Source: Candidatus Eiseniibacteriota bacterium
GTDB taxonomy: Bacteria > Eisenbacteria > RBG-16-71-46
Assembly (NCBI GenBank): GCA_016215625.1
Contig: JACRIW010000047.1
Coordinates: 6,281 to 70,280 of the forward strand
DNA: 64,000 bases
Reading direction: 5' to 3'
The translations under genes and the position numbers were made by a program. This document shows positions 39,825-47,623 of the stretch, in pieces. Each line of letters begins with the position of its first letter. Position 1 is the first letter of the stretch. The notes beneath the pieces were generated by a model. The model saw only the letters and a list, made by a program, of their open reading frames with translations, was not told where the DNA came from and did not search any database.

Positions 39825-41006
39825 TCAGACGAACAGCAGGTTTTCGACGAAGGTCTCGAGCTGGATCTCGAGCGTGTCGTAGCTGGTCATGTTCTCTTCG
39901 AACTCGGTGACGAAGTACGGCAGCTTCGCTTCGTCGAGCGCGTGCACGTACGCCACCTGCTCCTCGAGTCCGGGCTCGCACATCTTGGCGGCGGCGAGGA
40001 TCACCGCCGACGCGTTCGACTCGCGCACGCGCTTCAGCAGCATGTCCTCCTTCTGCTTGCGCGGGTCGTGCTGCACGGGGCTGTAGCTCGAGCGCTCGAG
40101 GTAGCCCCACGCGAGCGCGTCGAGCGGATCGCCGGTCACCGGCAGGTCCTCGAGGATCCAGCGCAGTCCGATGAGCAGGTCGTCGTCGACGACGTAGCAG
40201 GAGCGGCCGATCGCGCGGATCAGCTCGAACGGCGGCTGCTCGCAGAAGCCGCCCTCGAACACGACGCGGACGCGGTCGTGCTTCTTGCGTTCTCGCGTCT
40301 CGAGCAGCGGCAGCACGGCTTCGAGCAGCTCGTTGTGCTCCTCGCGCGGCATGAGCCCGCCGACGGCGACGAGCGCGTAGGCCTCGTGCATCGCGACCTG
40401 CCACGGCGTCTCGCGCTTGATCGCGTAGAGCTTGCGCAGCAGCTCGCGGTTCCGGTTGAAGACGGCGATCGAGTTCCGCAGCGCCTCGTCGGTGACCGTG
40501 ACGCCGGCGATCTCGCCGCACAGGTCGCGCACGCGTGCGTACTCGCCGGCGAGGTACGTGCGCGCCGCGGGCGACGTCGCGTTCTGCGGCAGGTAGAGGA
40601 TCTGGCAGGGGTACGGGAAGTTGCGCCCGAACACCGCCGCGAGGTTGCGGGCCGCGTCGCAGATCGGATGCGTCACGAACAGCTCGAGCTCGACGCGCTT
40701 GCTCACGACCAGCTCGAGCGACGTCTTGAGGATCGAGCAGAGGTACGAGCCGAAGTGCGAGTCCGCGTGCTTGGGCTCGATCGGCGCGCCGCGCATCTTG
40801 AACGGCAGCATGCCGGCCGCGTGCGCGATCTCCTCGGGGAAGTAGACCTGGAAGTGCCCGACCACCTTGCCGCCGGCTTCGCGCCAGCGCTTCACGGTCG
40901 GGAACTCGGTGTCGTCGAGGAGTTCGACGACGGCGTGCAGCATGCCGTCGAGGTCCTTGCCCCGCCATTCGGGGAACACGCGGATCGCGCTCAACGGTGC
41001 CTCCAC
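39825..41006 (-). CDS. 2-hydroxyacyl-CoA dehydratase / benzoyl-CoA reductase family subunit (HgdA/BcrB/BadE-like); start uncertain
   Basis: Coding portion begins around VEAPLSAIRVFPEWRGKDLDGMLHAVVELL. Conserved HPICDAARN, MCEPG segments. The first ~110 codons of the track ORF are Arg-rich non-coding. Confidence 0.6.
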   Translation of the reverse strand: MEAPLSAIRVFPEWRGKDLDGMLHAVVELLDDTEFPTVKRWREAGGKVVGHFQVYFPEEIAHAAGMLPFKMRGAPIEPKHADSHFGSYLCSILKTSLELVVSKRVELELFVTHPICDAARNLAAVFGRNFPYPCQILYLPQNATSPAARTYLAGEYARVRDLCGEIAGVTVTDEALRNSIAVFNRNRELLRKLYAIKRETPWQVAMHEAYALVAVGGLMPREEHNELLEAVLPLLETRERKKHDRVRVVFEGGFCEQPPFELIRAIGRSCYVVDDDLLIGLRWILEDLPVTGDPLDALAWGYLERSSYSPVQHDPRKQKEDMLLKRVRESNASAVILAAAKMCEPGLEEQVAYVHALDEAKLPYFVTEFEENMTSYDTLEIQLETFVENLLFV

Positions 41007-41749
41007 TGTGCCGGACGCTTCTCGAGAAAGGCGTTGAGCCCCTCGAGCGCGTCCTCGGTCTTCATGAGCTTCGTGACGTAGTCGTCGCTCGCGGCGCGCA
41101 GCGCCTCGCCGAGCGGCTTCACGGCGGAGTCGAGCAGCGTCGCCTTGGTCGCGCGCAGCGCGGCCGCGCTGTGGCGCGCGATGCGGCGCGCGATCGCGAG
41201 CGCCTCGTCCTCGACCGTCTCGTCGGGCACGACGTGCTGCACGACGCCGGCGGCGCGCGCGCGCGTGGACGACACGGCGTCGCCCGCGAACAGCAGTTCG
41301 GCCGCGAAGCCGTGCTGCGAGAGCCGCGGCAGGATCACGCACGCGACCGGCGCCGTGACGCCGAGCACGATCTCGGGCTGGCCGAACGTGGCGCCCTCGC
41401 CCGCGACGATCACGTCGGCGGCCATCGCCAGCTCGAACCCGCCGCCGAGGCAGCGTCCGCGCACGGCGGCGATCACCGGCAGCGGTAAGCGCGCGAGGCG
41501 CTCGATCGTGTCGCAGAACTCCGGGATCAGCTCCTCGTACTGCGGCGGCAGGTGCTCGCCGACGTCGGCGCCGGCCGAGAAGTGCCTGCCCGCGGCCGTG
41601 AGGCGCACGGCGCGCAGCTCGGGCGTCGCCTCGAGCGTCGCGAGCACCGTGCGCAGCTCCGCGAGCACGGCGCGCGTGAGGATGTTGAGCGGCGGGGCGT
41701 CGAGCGTGAGCGTCGCGACGCCCTGTTCGACGTGGGTCTTCCAGCTCAT
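40991..41749 (-). CDS. Enoyl-CoA hydratase (crotonase family; dienoyl-CoA hydratase candidate)
   Basis: MSWKTHVEQGVATLTLDAPPLNIL...AAGRHFSAGADVGE...GGGFELAMAADV. AAGGGAG RBS. ATGA overlap with upstream gene. Confidence 0.8.
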   Translation of the reverse strand: MSWKTHVEQGVATLTLDAPPLNILTRAVLAELRTVLATLEATPELRAVRLTAAGRHFSAGADVGEHLPPQYEELIPEFCDTIERLARLPLPVIAAVRGRCLGGGFELAMAADVIVAGEGATFGQPEIVLGVTAPVACVILPRLSQHGFAAELLFAGDAVSSTRARAAGVVQHVVPDETVEDEALAIARRIARHSAAALRATKATLLDSAVKPLGEALRAASDDYVTKLMKTEDALEGLNAFLEKRPAQWRHR

Positions 41750-42180
41750 GCCGTGGCTCCCTTCGGGGATTCGAGCGTGTAGTCCACGCGGATGTCCTCG
41801 ACGTCTTCGTGCAGCCGCGGCGTCACCTGCAGCGGCATGCCGATCGCGAGGCTCGACTCCGGCACCGACGCGCCGATCCAGGCGAGCGCGCGGCCTCCTT
41901 CTTCCAGATCCACCAGTCCCAGCGTGTAGGGCGCGACGTCCTCGAACCCGCGCGGCGCCGCCGTGATGCGCGTCCAGGTGTGCAGTGTGCCGCGGCCGCT
42001 CACCGGGACGAACGTGAACGCGCCGTGCAGGCACGCTTCGCAGTCCGCACGCGGCGGGAACGACACGTGCCCGCACGCCTCGCAGCGCGACGCCATGAGC
42101 CGGCCCTCGCGCAGGTGCTGCGCGAACTCGGCGACCTTCGTGTGCGGCGCGTGATTGACCCTGCCGAACCACTTGAACAT
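41746..42180 (-). CDS. DUF35 Zn-ribbon/OB-fold protein (thiolase partner; BbsA/ChsH-like)
   Basis: CEACGHVSFPPRADCEAC zinc ribbon followed by OB-fold. Stop/start overlaps on both sides. Confidence 0.75.
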   Translation of the reverse strand: MFKWFGRVNHAPHTKVAEFAQHLREGRLMASRCEACGHVSFPPRADCEACLHGAFTFVPVSGRGTLHTWTRITAAPRGFEDVAPYTLGLVDLEEGGRALAWIGASVPESSLAIGMPLQVTPRLHEDVEDIRVDYTLESPKGATA

Positions 42181-43340
42181 CACTCGTCCCTCGTGAGGAC
42201 CTGCACGAAGCAGTACTGGCCGATGCCGCCGACGTTGTGCGTGAGACCGACGTCGGCGTCCGGCACCTGCCGTTCGCCCGCGTCGCCGCGCAGCTGCTTC
42301 ACGATCTCCGTGGTCATGGACACGCCGGTCGCGCCGATGGGGTGCCCCTTCGCCTTGAGCCCGCCGTCCACGTTCACCGGCGTGCTGCCGCCGATGTAAG
42401 AGCGGTTCTCCGCGATGAACGCGCCGCCTTCGCCCTTCGCGCAGAACCCGAGGTCCTCGTACGCGAGCACTTCGGCGATCGTGAAGCAGTCGTGCACGTC
42501 GGCGACGCGCACGCGCTTCGCGTCCACGCCCGCCATCGCGTACGCCTGCGCGGCCGCGGCCTGCGCGCTGCCCAGCCCCGTGAGCGACGGACGGCGCAGC
42601 ACCGACATCGTGTCGCTCGCACAGCCCATGCCCGACAGCCACACGGGCGGCTTTCGCAACCCGCGCGCGCGCGGCTCGGCGGCGAGGATCACGCACGCGG
42701 CGCCGTCGGCGTTCGCGCAGCAGTCGAACACGTGGAACGGCGTCGCGACGTCCTCCGACGCGTTCGCCTTCTCCGCGGTGATCTCCTTGCGGAACATCGC
42801 GAGCGGGTTCCTCGCGCCGTAGAAATGGTTCTTGATCGCGACCGCCGTGAGCTGCTCGCGCGTCGTGCCGTACTCGTGCATGTGGCGCCGAGCGAACATC
42901 GCGTAGTAGCCCGGGAACGTGCTGCCGAAGCTCGACTCCCACTGCACCTCGCCCACGCGCCCCATGAGCGCGAGGATCTCGGCCGTCTCGAGCTCGGTCA
43001 TCTTCTGGCAGCCGATCACGGCCACCACGTCGTGCACGCCGGCCTTGATGCTCATCCACGCGGTGCGGATGGCGGCGCTGCCCGACGCGCACGCGGCCTC
43101 GGTGAGCCACGTCGGCTTCGGCGTGAGCCCGAGGTACTCCTGCACGACACCCGGCAGCGAACGCTGCTTGTGGTACTCGGGCACCGAGCCCACGACGACC
43201 GCGTCCATGTGGCCGCGATCGAGCCCCGAGTCGGCGAGCGCGGCGCGGAACGCCTCCGCCGCGAGCTCCTGCACGGTCGCGTCGCTTCGGCGCCCGAAAG
43301 GCGTGTGCCCGATGCCGACGATGCCGACGCGGCCGCTCAC
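42180..43340 (-). CDS. Thiolase-like protein (SCP-x / BbsB-type, non-canonical thiolase)
   Basis: GTG start overlapping SDR stop (GTGA). RVGIVGIGHTPFGRR...TEAACASGSAAI...GGIGQYC. Paired with DUF35 protein. Confidence 0.75.
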   Translation of the reverse strand: MSGRVGIVGIGHTPFGRRSDATVQELAAEAFRAALADSGLDRGHMDAVVVGSVPEYHKQRSLPGVVQEYLGLTPKPTWLTEAACASGSAAIRTAWMSIKAGVHDVVAVIGCQKMTELETAEILALMGRVGEVQWESSFGSTFPGYYAMFARRHMHEYGTTREQLTAVAIKNHFYGARNPLAMFRKEITAEKANASEDVATPFHVFDCCANADGAACVILAAEPRARGLRKPPVWLSGMGCASDTMSVLRRPSLTGLGSAQAAAAQAYAMAGVDAKRVRVADVHDCFTIAEVLAYEDLGFCAKGEGGAFIAENRSYIGGSTPVNVDGGLKAKGHPIGATGVSMTTEIVKQLRGDAGERQVPDADVGLTHNVGGIGQYCFVQVLTRDE

Positions 43341-44086
43341 AGGTACTGCCCTCCGTCCACCTGCACGACCTGGCCGGTCACGTGGCGCGCGGCGTCCGAG
43401 CACAGGAACGCGACGACCGCGGCGCAGTCGCGCGGCTCGGCGAGGCGCCCGAGCGTCGTCTCGTCCACGGCCTTCTCGATCACTTCGGGCGGCAGCACCG
43501 CGGCCATCTCGGTGCGCACCATGCCCGGCGCGACCACGTTCACGGTGACGCCGAACTTGCCCAGTTCGCGCGCGAGCGTCTTGGACAGCGCGACCATGCC
43601 GCCCTTGGACGCCGCGTAGTTCGCCTGCCCGAACTTGCCGCGCAGGCCGTTGATGCTCGCGATGTTCACGATGCGGCCCGCGCGCGCGTCCTTCATGAGC
43701 GCGCCCGCGGCGCGGCAGTAGGCGAAGCAGCCTTTCAGGTTCACGTCGAGCACGCGGTCCCACTGCGCCTCGGTCATCTTCCACGAGAGCGCGTCGTCCG
43801 TGACGCCGGCACAGCAGACGAGCACGTCGAGGCGTCCCGCGGCCGCGGCCACCTCGCGCACCGTCCGCTCCGCCAGCGAAAAGTCGCGGACGTCCGCCGT
43901 GTGGAACGTCGCGCGCACGCCCGCGGCGGCGATCGCGGCGAGCGAGGCTTCCGCCTTCTCGTCGCGGCGCACGTCCACGATCGCCACGTCGCATCCTTCG
44001 CGCGCCAGCTCGAGCGCGATCGCGGCGCCGATGCCCGCCGCGCCGCCCGTCACCAGCGCCGTACGACCCTTGAGTCCGAGGTCCAC
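43337..44086 (-). CDS. Short-chain dehydrogenase/reductase (FabG-like 3-oxoacyl/3-hydroxyacyl-CoA dehydrogenase)
   Basis: TGGAAGIGAAIA Rossmann motif, catalytic YAASKGG. Confidence 0.8.
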   Translation of the reverse strand: MDLGLKGRTALVTGGAAGIGAAIALELAREGCDVAIVDVRRDEKAEASLAAIAAAGVRATFHTADVRDFSLAERTVREVAAAAGRLDVLVCCAGVTDDALSWKMTEAQWDRVLDVNLKGCFAYCRAAGALMKDARAGRIVNIASINGLRGKFGQANYAASKGGMVALSKTLARELGKFGVTVNVVAPGMVRTEMAAVLPPEVIEKAVDETTLGRLAEPRDCAAVVAFLCSDAARHVTGQVVQVDGGQYL

Positions 44087-44111
44087 GCGTGCTCCGTTCG
44101 CGGACGCGCCG

Positions 44112-45212
44112 TCAGCGCGCCGCGGTCTCCGCCGTGCCGGCCGGCGCGATCGCGCGCATGAGGTCCTCGTTCCACGGGTGACCGGCGGCGAGCAGCTGGC
44201 GGAGCTTGATGAAGTCCACCTCGCGCTGCTCCTTGGGCCCTTCGTTGAACGCGCGGAAACCCGCGCGACCCTCGGTCATCATGTTGAGCGCGAGCCACTC
44301 GCGGTTCGTGATGCTGTTGACGTCCCAGTGCCCCTGTTTGTGCTTGCGCACGCTGTTCACGGTCTTGCTCACGCAGTCGGGCATGAGCATGAGCAGCTTC
44401 GTGCACATGCGCTCGACCGCCTCGTCGAGCGCCGACAGGTCGCTCGTGCACTGCGCGAAGAGCGCCTTGCCTTCGGCGGCCGCGGCGCCGGTCTTGAAGT
44501 CGCCGTACACGATCTTGCCCCACTCGTCGGCGACCTTGTCCGTCACGACGAGCGGATTGGGCACCCACTGCCCGTCCTTCTTGAGCACGGGCACGACTTC
44601 GTTGATCAGCCCGAGCCACGACGCCTTGTGCGCGCTCCACGCCTCGCACAGCACCGCGCTCTCCATCGCGTGACCGAAGCCCACGTAGAGCGGCAGGAAA
44701 TCCGTGCTGCCGCCGTCGGGCGCCGAGCCGTGCTTCGGGCCCGCCTGGCCGAACCGCGCGGTGTCGATCGCGACCGAGAAGTCGCACGCCATGCCGATCT
44801 CCTGCCCGCCGCCGATGCGCATGCCGTTCACGCGGTTGATGACGGGTTTGTCGCAGCGCAGGATCGAATCGATCATGTCGTTGAAGATGCGCATGTACTG
44901 CTTGTACTCCTGCGGATTGCCCGCGTAGTACTCGGCGTACTCCTTCGTGTTGCCGCCGGTGCAGAACGCGCGGTCGCCCACGGCCGTGAACACGACGCAC
45001 ACGACGCTGCGGTCCATGCTCGCCTGCCGGAACGCGAGCACGATCTCGCGCGCGGCTTCGGTCGTGTAGCTGTTCAGCTGGCCGGGGTTGTCGATGATGA
45101 TCCAGGCGTGGAACAGGCCTTCGACCTTCGCGCCCTTCGGGTCGCGCGCGGGGCGCAGTTCGTAACCGATGTGCTCGAACTTGTAGCCGTCGACGAGAAC
45201 GTGGCTCTTCAT
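44112..45212 (-). CDS. Crotonase-superfamily enzyme with ~110-aa C-terminal extension, reminiscent of 6-oxocyclohex-1-ene-1-carbonyl-CoA hydrolase (Oah/BamA)
   Basis: Start MKSHVLVDGYKFEH with GGAG RBS. Crotonase core VVFTAVGDRAFCTGGN...GGGQEIGMACDF. 366 aa is unusually long for a plain hydratase. Confidence 0.55.
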   Translation of the reverse strand: MKSHVLVDGYKFEHIGYELRPARDPKGAKVEGLFHAWIIIDNPGQLNSYTTEAAREIVLAFRQASMDRSVVCVVFTAVGDRAFCTGGNTKEYAEYYAGNPQEYKQYMRIFNDMIDSILRCDKPVINRVNGMRIGGGQEIGMACDFSVAIDTARFGQAGPKHGSAPDGGSTDFLPLYVGFGHAMESAVLCEAWSAHKASWLGLINEVVPVLKKDGQWVPNPLVVTDKVADEWGKIVYGDFKTGAAAAEGKALFAQCTSDLSALDEAVERMCTKLLMLMPDCVSKTVNSVRKHKQGHWDVNSITNREWLALNMMTEGRAGFRAFNEGPKEQREVDFIKLRQLLAAGHPWNEDLMRAIAPAGTAETAAR

Positions 45213-45238
45213 GGAAGCGACTCCGTCGTGCATGGGGG

Positions 45239-46291
45239 TCAGCGGGACGCCGGCTCGAGGATCGCGCGGCGGTGGATTTCGTGGTCGGCCACCCGGCGGA
45301 CGACTTCCGGTCCGTCGTTCAGCGGGTGGCGTTCGATGAACGGCTTCAGCGTGACGCGCCCGCTCGTGACCATCGCGAGCGCGTCCGGGTACAGCTCCGG
45401 CCGGCACCCCCACGTGCCCTGCACGGTGGCGTCGAACGCCATCAGGTTCGACAGCCGCACTTCGATCTTGCCCAACGTGAAGCCCACGACCATGAGCGTG
45501 CCCGCGTGGCCGAGCAGGCCGTACGCGGTCTCCTGACCCGGCGTGGAACCCGAGCACTCGAACACCTTGGCGCCGTGCGAAGGACAGCCCCACTCCTTCG
45601 CCTTCGCGCCGATTTCCTTCTTGAGCGTCTTGAAGTCGGTCGCGCGGCTGTTGAAAGTGGCGTGTGCGCCGTGCTGCGCGATGAGGGCGAGCTTCGCGTC
45701 GTCCACGTCGATCGCCACCACCTTCGCGCCCATCGCGCTCGCGATCTGCACGGCGTAGCCGCCCACGCCGCCGACGCCGATCACGATCGCGAGCTCACCC
45801 GCGGCGAGCCCGCTGCGCACGACCGCCTGATAAGGCGTCGTCACGGCGTCGGCGACCACGGAGAGTTCGGAGAGCGCGTACCCGCCGCGATCGCGCACGT
45901 GGCACAGCCCGCGCGCGGGCACCACGATGAAGTCCGCGAAGCCGCCGTCCATGTCGTTTCCCGGCATGAGCTGCGCGCGGCACGCGTTGCCGCGGCCTTC
46001 CCTGCACAGGTCGCACGCGCCGCACGAGATCACGGCGGGCACGATCACTTCGCGACCGAGCCACTCCGCCGCACCCTCGCCCGCGGCGTCCACGGTGCCG
46101 CTCACTTCGTGCCCGAGGGTCAACGGCAGCGGCCGGCGCGTCGGCACGCCGTCGCGCCAGAAGCCGATGTCGGTGTGGCAGACGCCGCAGCCCGCGACGC
46201 GCACGCGCACTTCGCCGGGACCGGGGACGGGATCGGGCAGGTCTTCGAGCGTGAGCGGCGAACCCACGGCGTTCAGTCGGACGGCTTTCAT
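45239..46291 (-). CDS. Zn-dependent alcohol dehydrogenase family protein (6-hydroxycyclohexenecarbonyl-CoA dehydrogenase-like candidate)
   Basis: MKAVRLNAVGSPLTLEDLPDP...GCGVCHTDIGF...GHEVSGTV...CGACDLC...GVGGVGGYAVQ. ATGA overlap with TetR gene stop. Confidence 0.8.
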   Translation of the reverse strand: MKAVRLNAVGSPLTLEDLPDPVPGPGEVRVRVAGCGVCHTDIGFWRDGVPTRRPLPLTLGHEVSGTVDAAGEGAAEWLGREVIVPAVISCGACDLCREGRGNACRAQLMPGNDMDGGFADFIVVPARGLCHVRDRGGYALSELSVVADAVTTPYQAVVRSGLAAGELAIVIGVGGVGGYAVQIASAMGAKVVAIDVDDAKLALIAQHGAHATFNSRATDFKTLKKEIGAKAKEWGCPSHGAKVFECSGSTPGQETAYGLLGHAGTLMVVGFTLGKIEVRLSNLMAFDATVQGTWGCRPELYPDALAMVTSGRVTLKPFIERHPLNDGPEVVRRVADHEIHRRAILEPASR

Positions 46292-46974
46292 GAAGTGGCC
46301 TTGCTCCGGGTGCGAGGCCGCGCGGCGCGCGGCTTCGGGCTGCGCACGAGGCGCGGACGCGGCAGGGGCCCCAACCCGCCCACCAGGTGATCCGAAAACT
46401 GCCGGCCGAGCTCGGCCGTCGAGAGCGCGCCACCCGGCCGCCACCAGCGGGCGATCCAGTTGATGGCGCCGAGAATCGCGAACACCGCGACCTTCGCGTC
46501 GGTGTCGCGGAACACGCCCGCGCGCACGCCGCGCTCGATGATGCGGCGCAGCTCGCGCTCGTAGCGGTCGCGGCCGGCGACGACCTCGCGCTGGCGCTCG
46601 CCCGAGAGCGACGGGACCTCGAACGCGAGCGGCGAGCCGTCGAGCGTCTCGGTCATGACGCGCACGTGCGCCTCGATGACGTGGCGCAACTGGTCCGCGG
46701 GCGACTTCAGCCGGCGCGCCTCGGCGAGGTTGCGCTCGAGTTCGCCGAGCGCCTCGCGATGGCATTCGAAGAGGATCGCGTCCTTGTCCGGGAAGTAGTG
46801 GTAGAGCGCCGTCTTCCGCACGCCGAGCTGCTCGGCGATGTGGTCGAGCGTGGTCGCGTGGTAGCCGCGCTCACGGAACGCGCGCAGCGCCGCGTGCTGG
46901 ATCTCGGACTTGCGGCGTTCGCGTTTCTCGTGGACGTGCGGCGAGGACTTCTTCGCCGCGGCGGCGCGGACCAT
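46288..46974 (-). CDS. TetR/AcrR-family transcriptional regulator, first gene of the operon
   Basis: N-terminal HTH IQHAALRAFRERGYHATTLDHIAEQLGVRKTALYHYFPDKDAI. Confidence 0.8.
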   Translation of the reverse strand: MVRAAAAKKSSPHVHEKRERRKSEIQHAALRAFRERGYHATTLDHIAEQLGVRKTALYHYFPDKDAILFECHREALGELERNLAEARRLKSPADQLRHVIEAHVRVMTETLDGSPLAFEVPSLSGERQREVVAGRDRYERELRRIIERGVRAGVFRDTDAKVAVFAILGAINWIARWWRPGGALSTAELGRQFSDHLVGGLGPLPRPRLVRSPKPRAARPRTRSKATS

Positions 46975-47116
46975 GACCGGACTCCCTCGGAACGGGGAAC
47001 GGATGGATTACCGAACGGACGGAAGAACTTTGAACAGTCGTTCAGTTTTCCACAATGGTCCGAAAGTCCCGGTCGGGGCGCTTCGGGCGGCGCCGGGGAG
47101 GCGCCGGCGGCGGGAG

Positions 47117-47623
47117 CTACAACTCCCGCCAGTAGTGCGCGCGCGTGAGGTGGCCGTCCTCGAGGGCGAACGACTTCGGCTCCGTGCCCCAGCGGACGAA
47201 GCCGCAGGACTCGTAGAGCTTCAGGGCCGGGTCGTTGCCCTCGATGGCCGAGAGCTGGATCACCGTCAGGCCGGGCCGCGCCCGGGCGGCGTCGAGCGCG
47301 GCCTCGACGAGCACGCGTCCCGTTCCCGTGCCGCGCGCGGCCGGGCTCACGAACATCCCGAACAGCGTGCAGCGGTGGCGCGTGCGCACGCGCTGCTCGA
47401 ACTGCAGCCCGGCGGCGCCCACGAGCCGTTCGCCCTCGAACGCGCCGACGACCAGCTGCGCGCTGCCGTCGCCCTCGGCCACGCGTCCTTCCCACCAGGA
47501 CATCGGGTAGCGCTCGGCTTCGGCCGGGCTCGTGCCGAACGTCACGGGCACGGTCGCGTACGCCTCGAGCATGAGCGCGCGATAGGCGGCCGCGTCGGCG
47601 GGCGCGAGGCGGCGGATGATCAC
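47117..47623 (-). CDS. GNAT-family N-acetyltransferase
   Basis: VIIRRLAPADAAAYRALM...QRVRTRHRCTLFGMFVSPAARGTGTGRVLVEAAL is acetyl-CoA-binding motif A. GTG start overlaps protease stop (GTGA). Confidence 0.7.
   Translation of the reverse strand: MIIRRLAPADAAAYRALMLEAYATVPVTFGTSPAEAERYPMSWWEGRVAEGDGSAQLVVGAFEGERLVGAAGLQFEQRVRTRHRCTLFGMFVSPAARGTGTGRVLVEAALDAARARPGLTVIQLSAIEGNDPALKLYESCGFVRWGTEPKSFALEDGHLTRAHYWREL

Noticed and set aside
39825-41342. Full 505-aa track ORF as the HgdA/BcrB-like subunit
   Set aside because: The first ~110 residues (MRDPAAALAARLRGRTAVRGRRRVVHARARRRRRAARR...) are a poly-Arg shadow frame overlapping the upstream hydratase gene. Coding character begins near VEAPLSAIRVF, so the start was trimmed.
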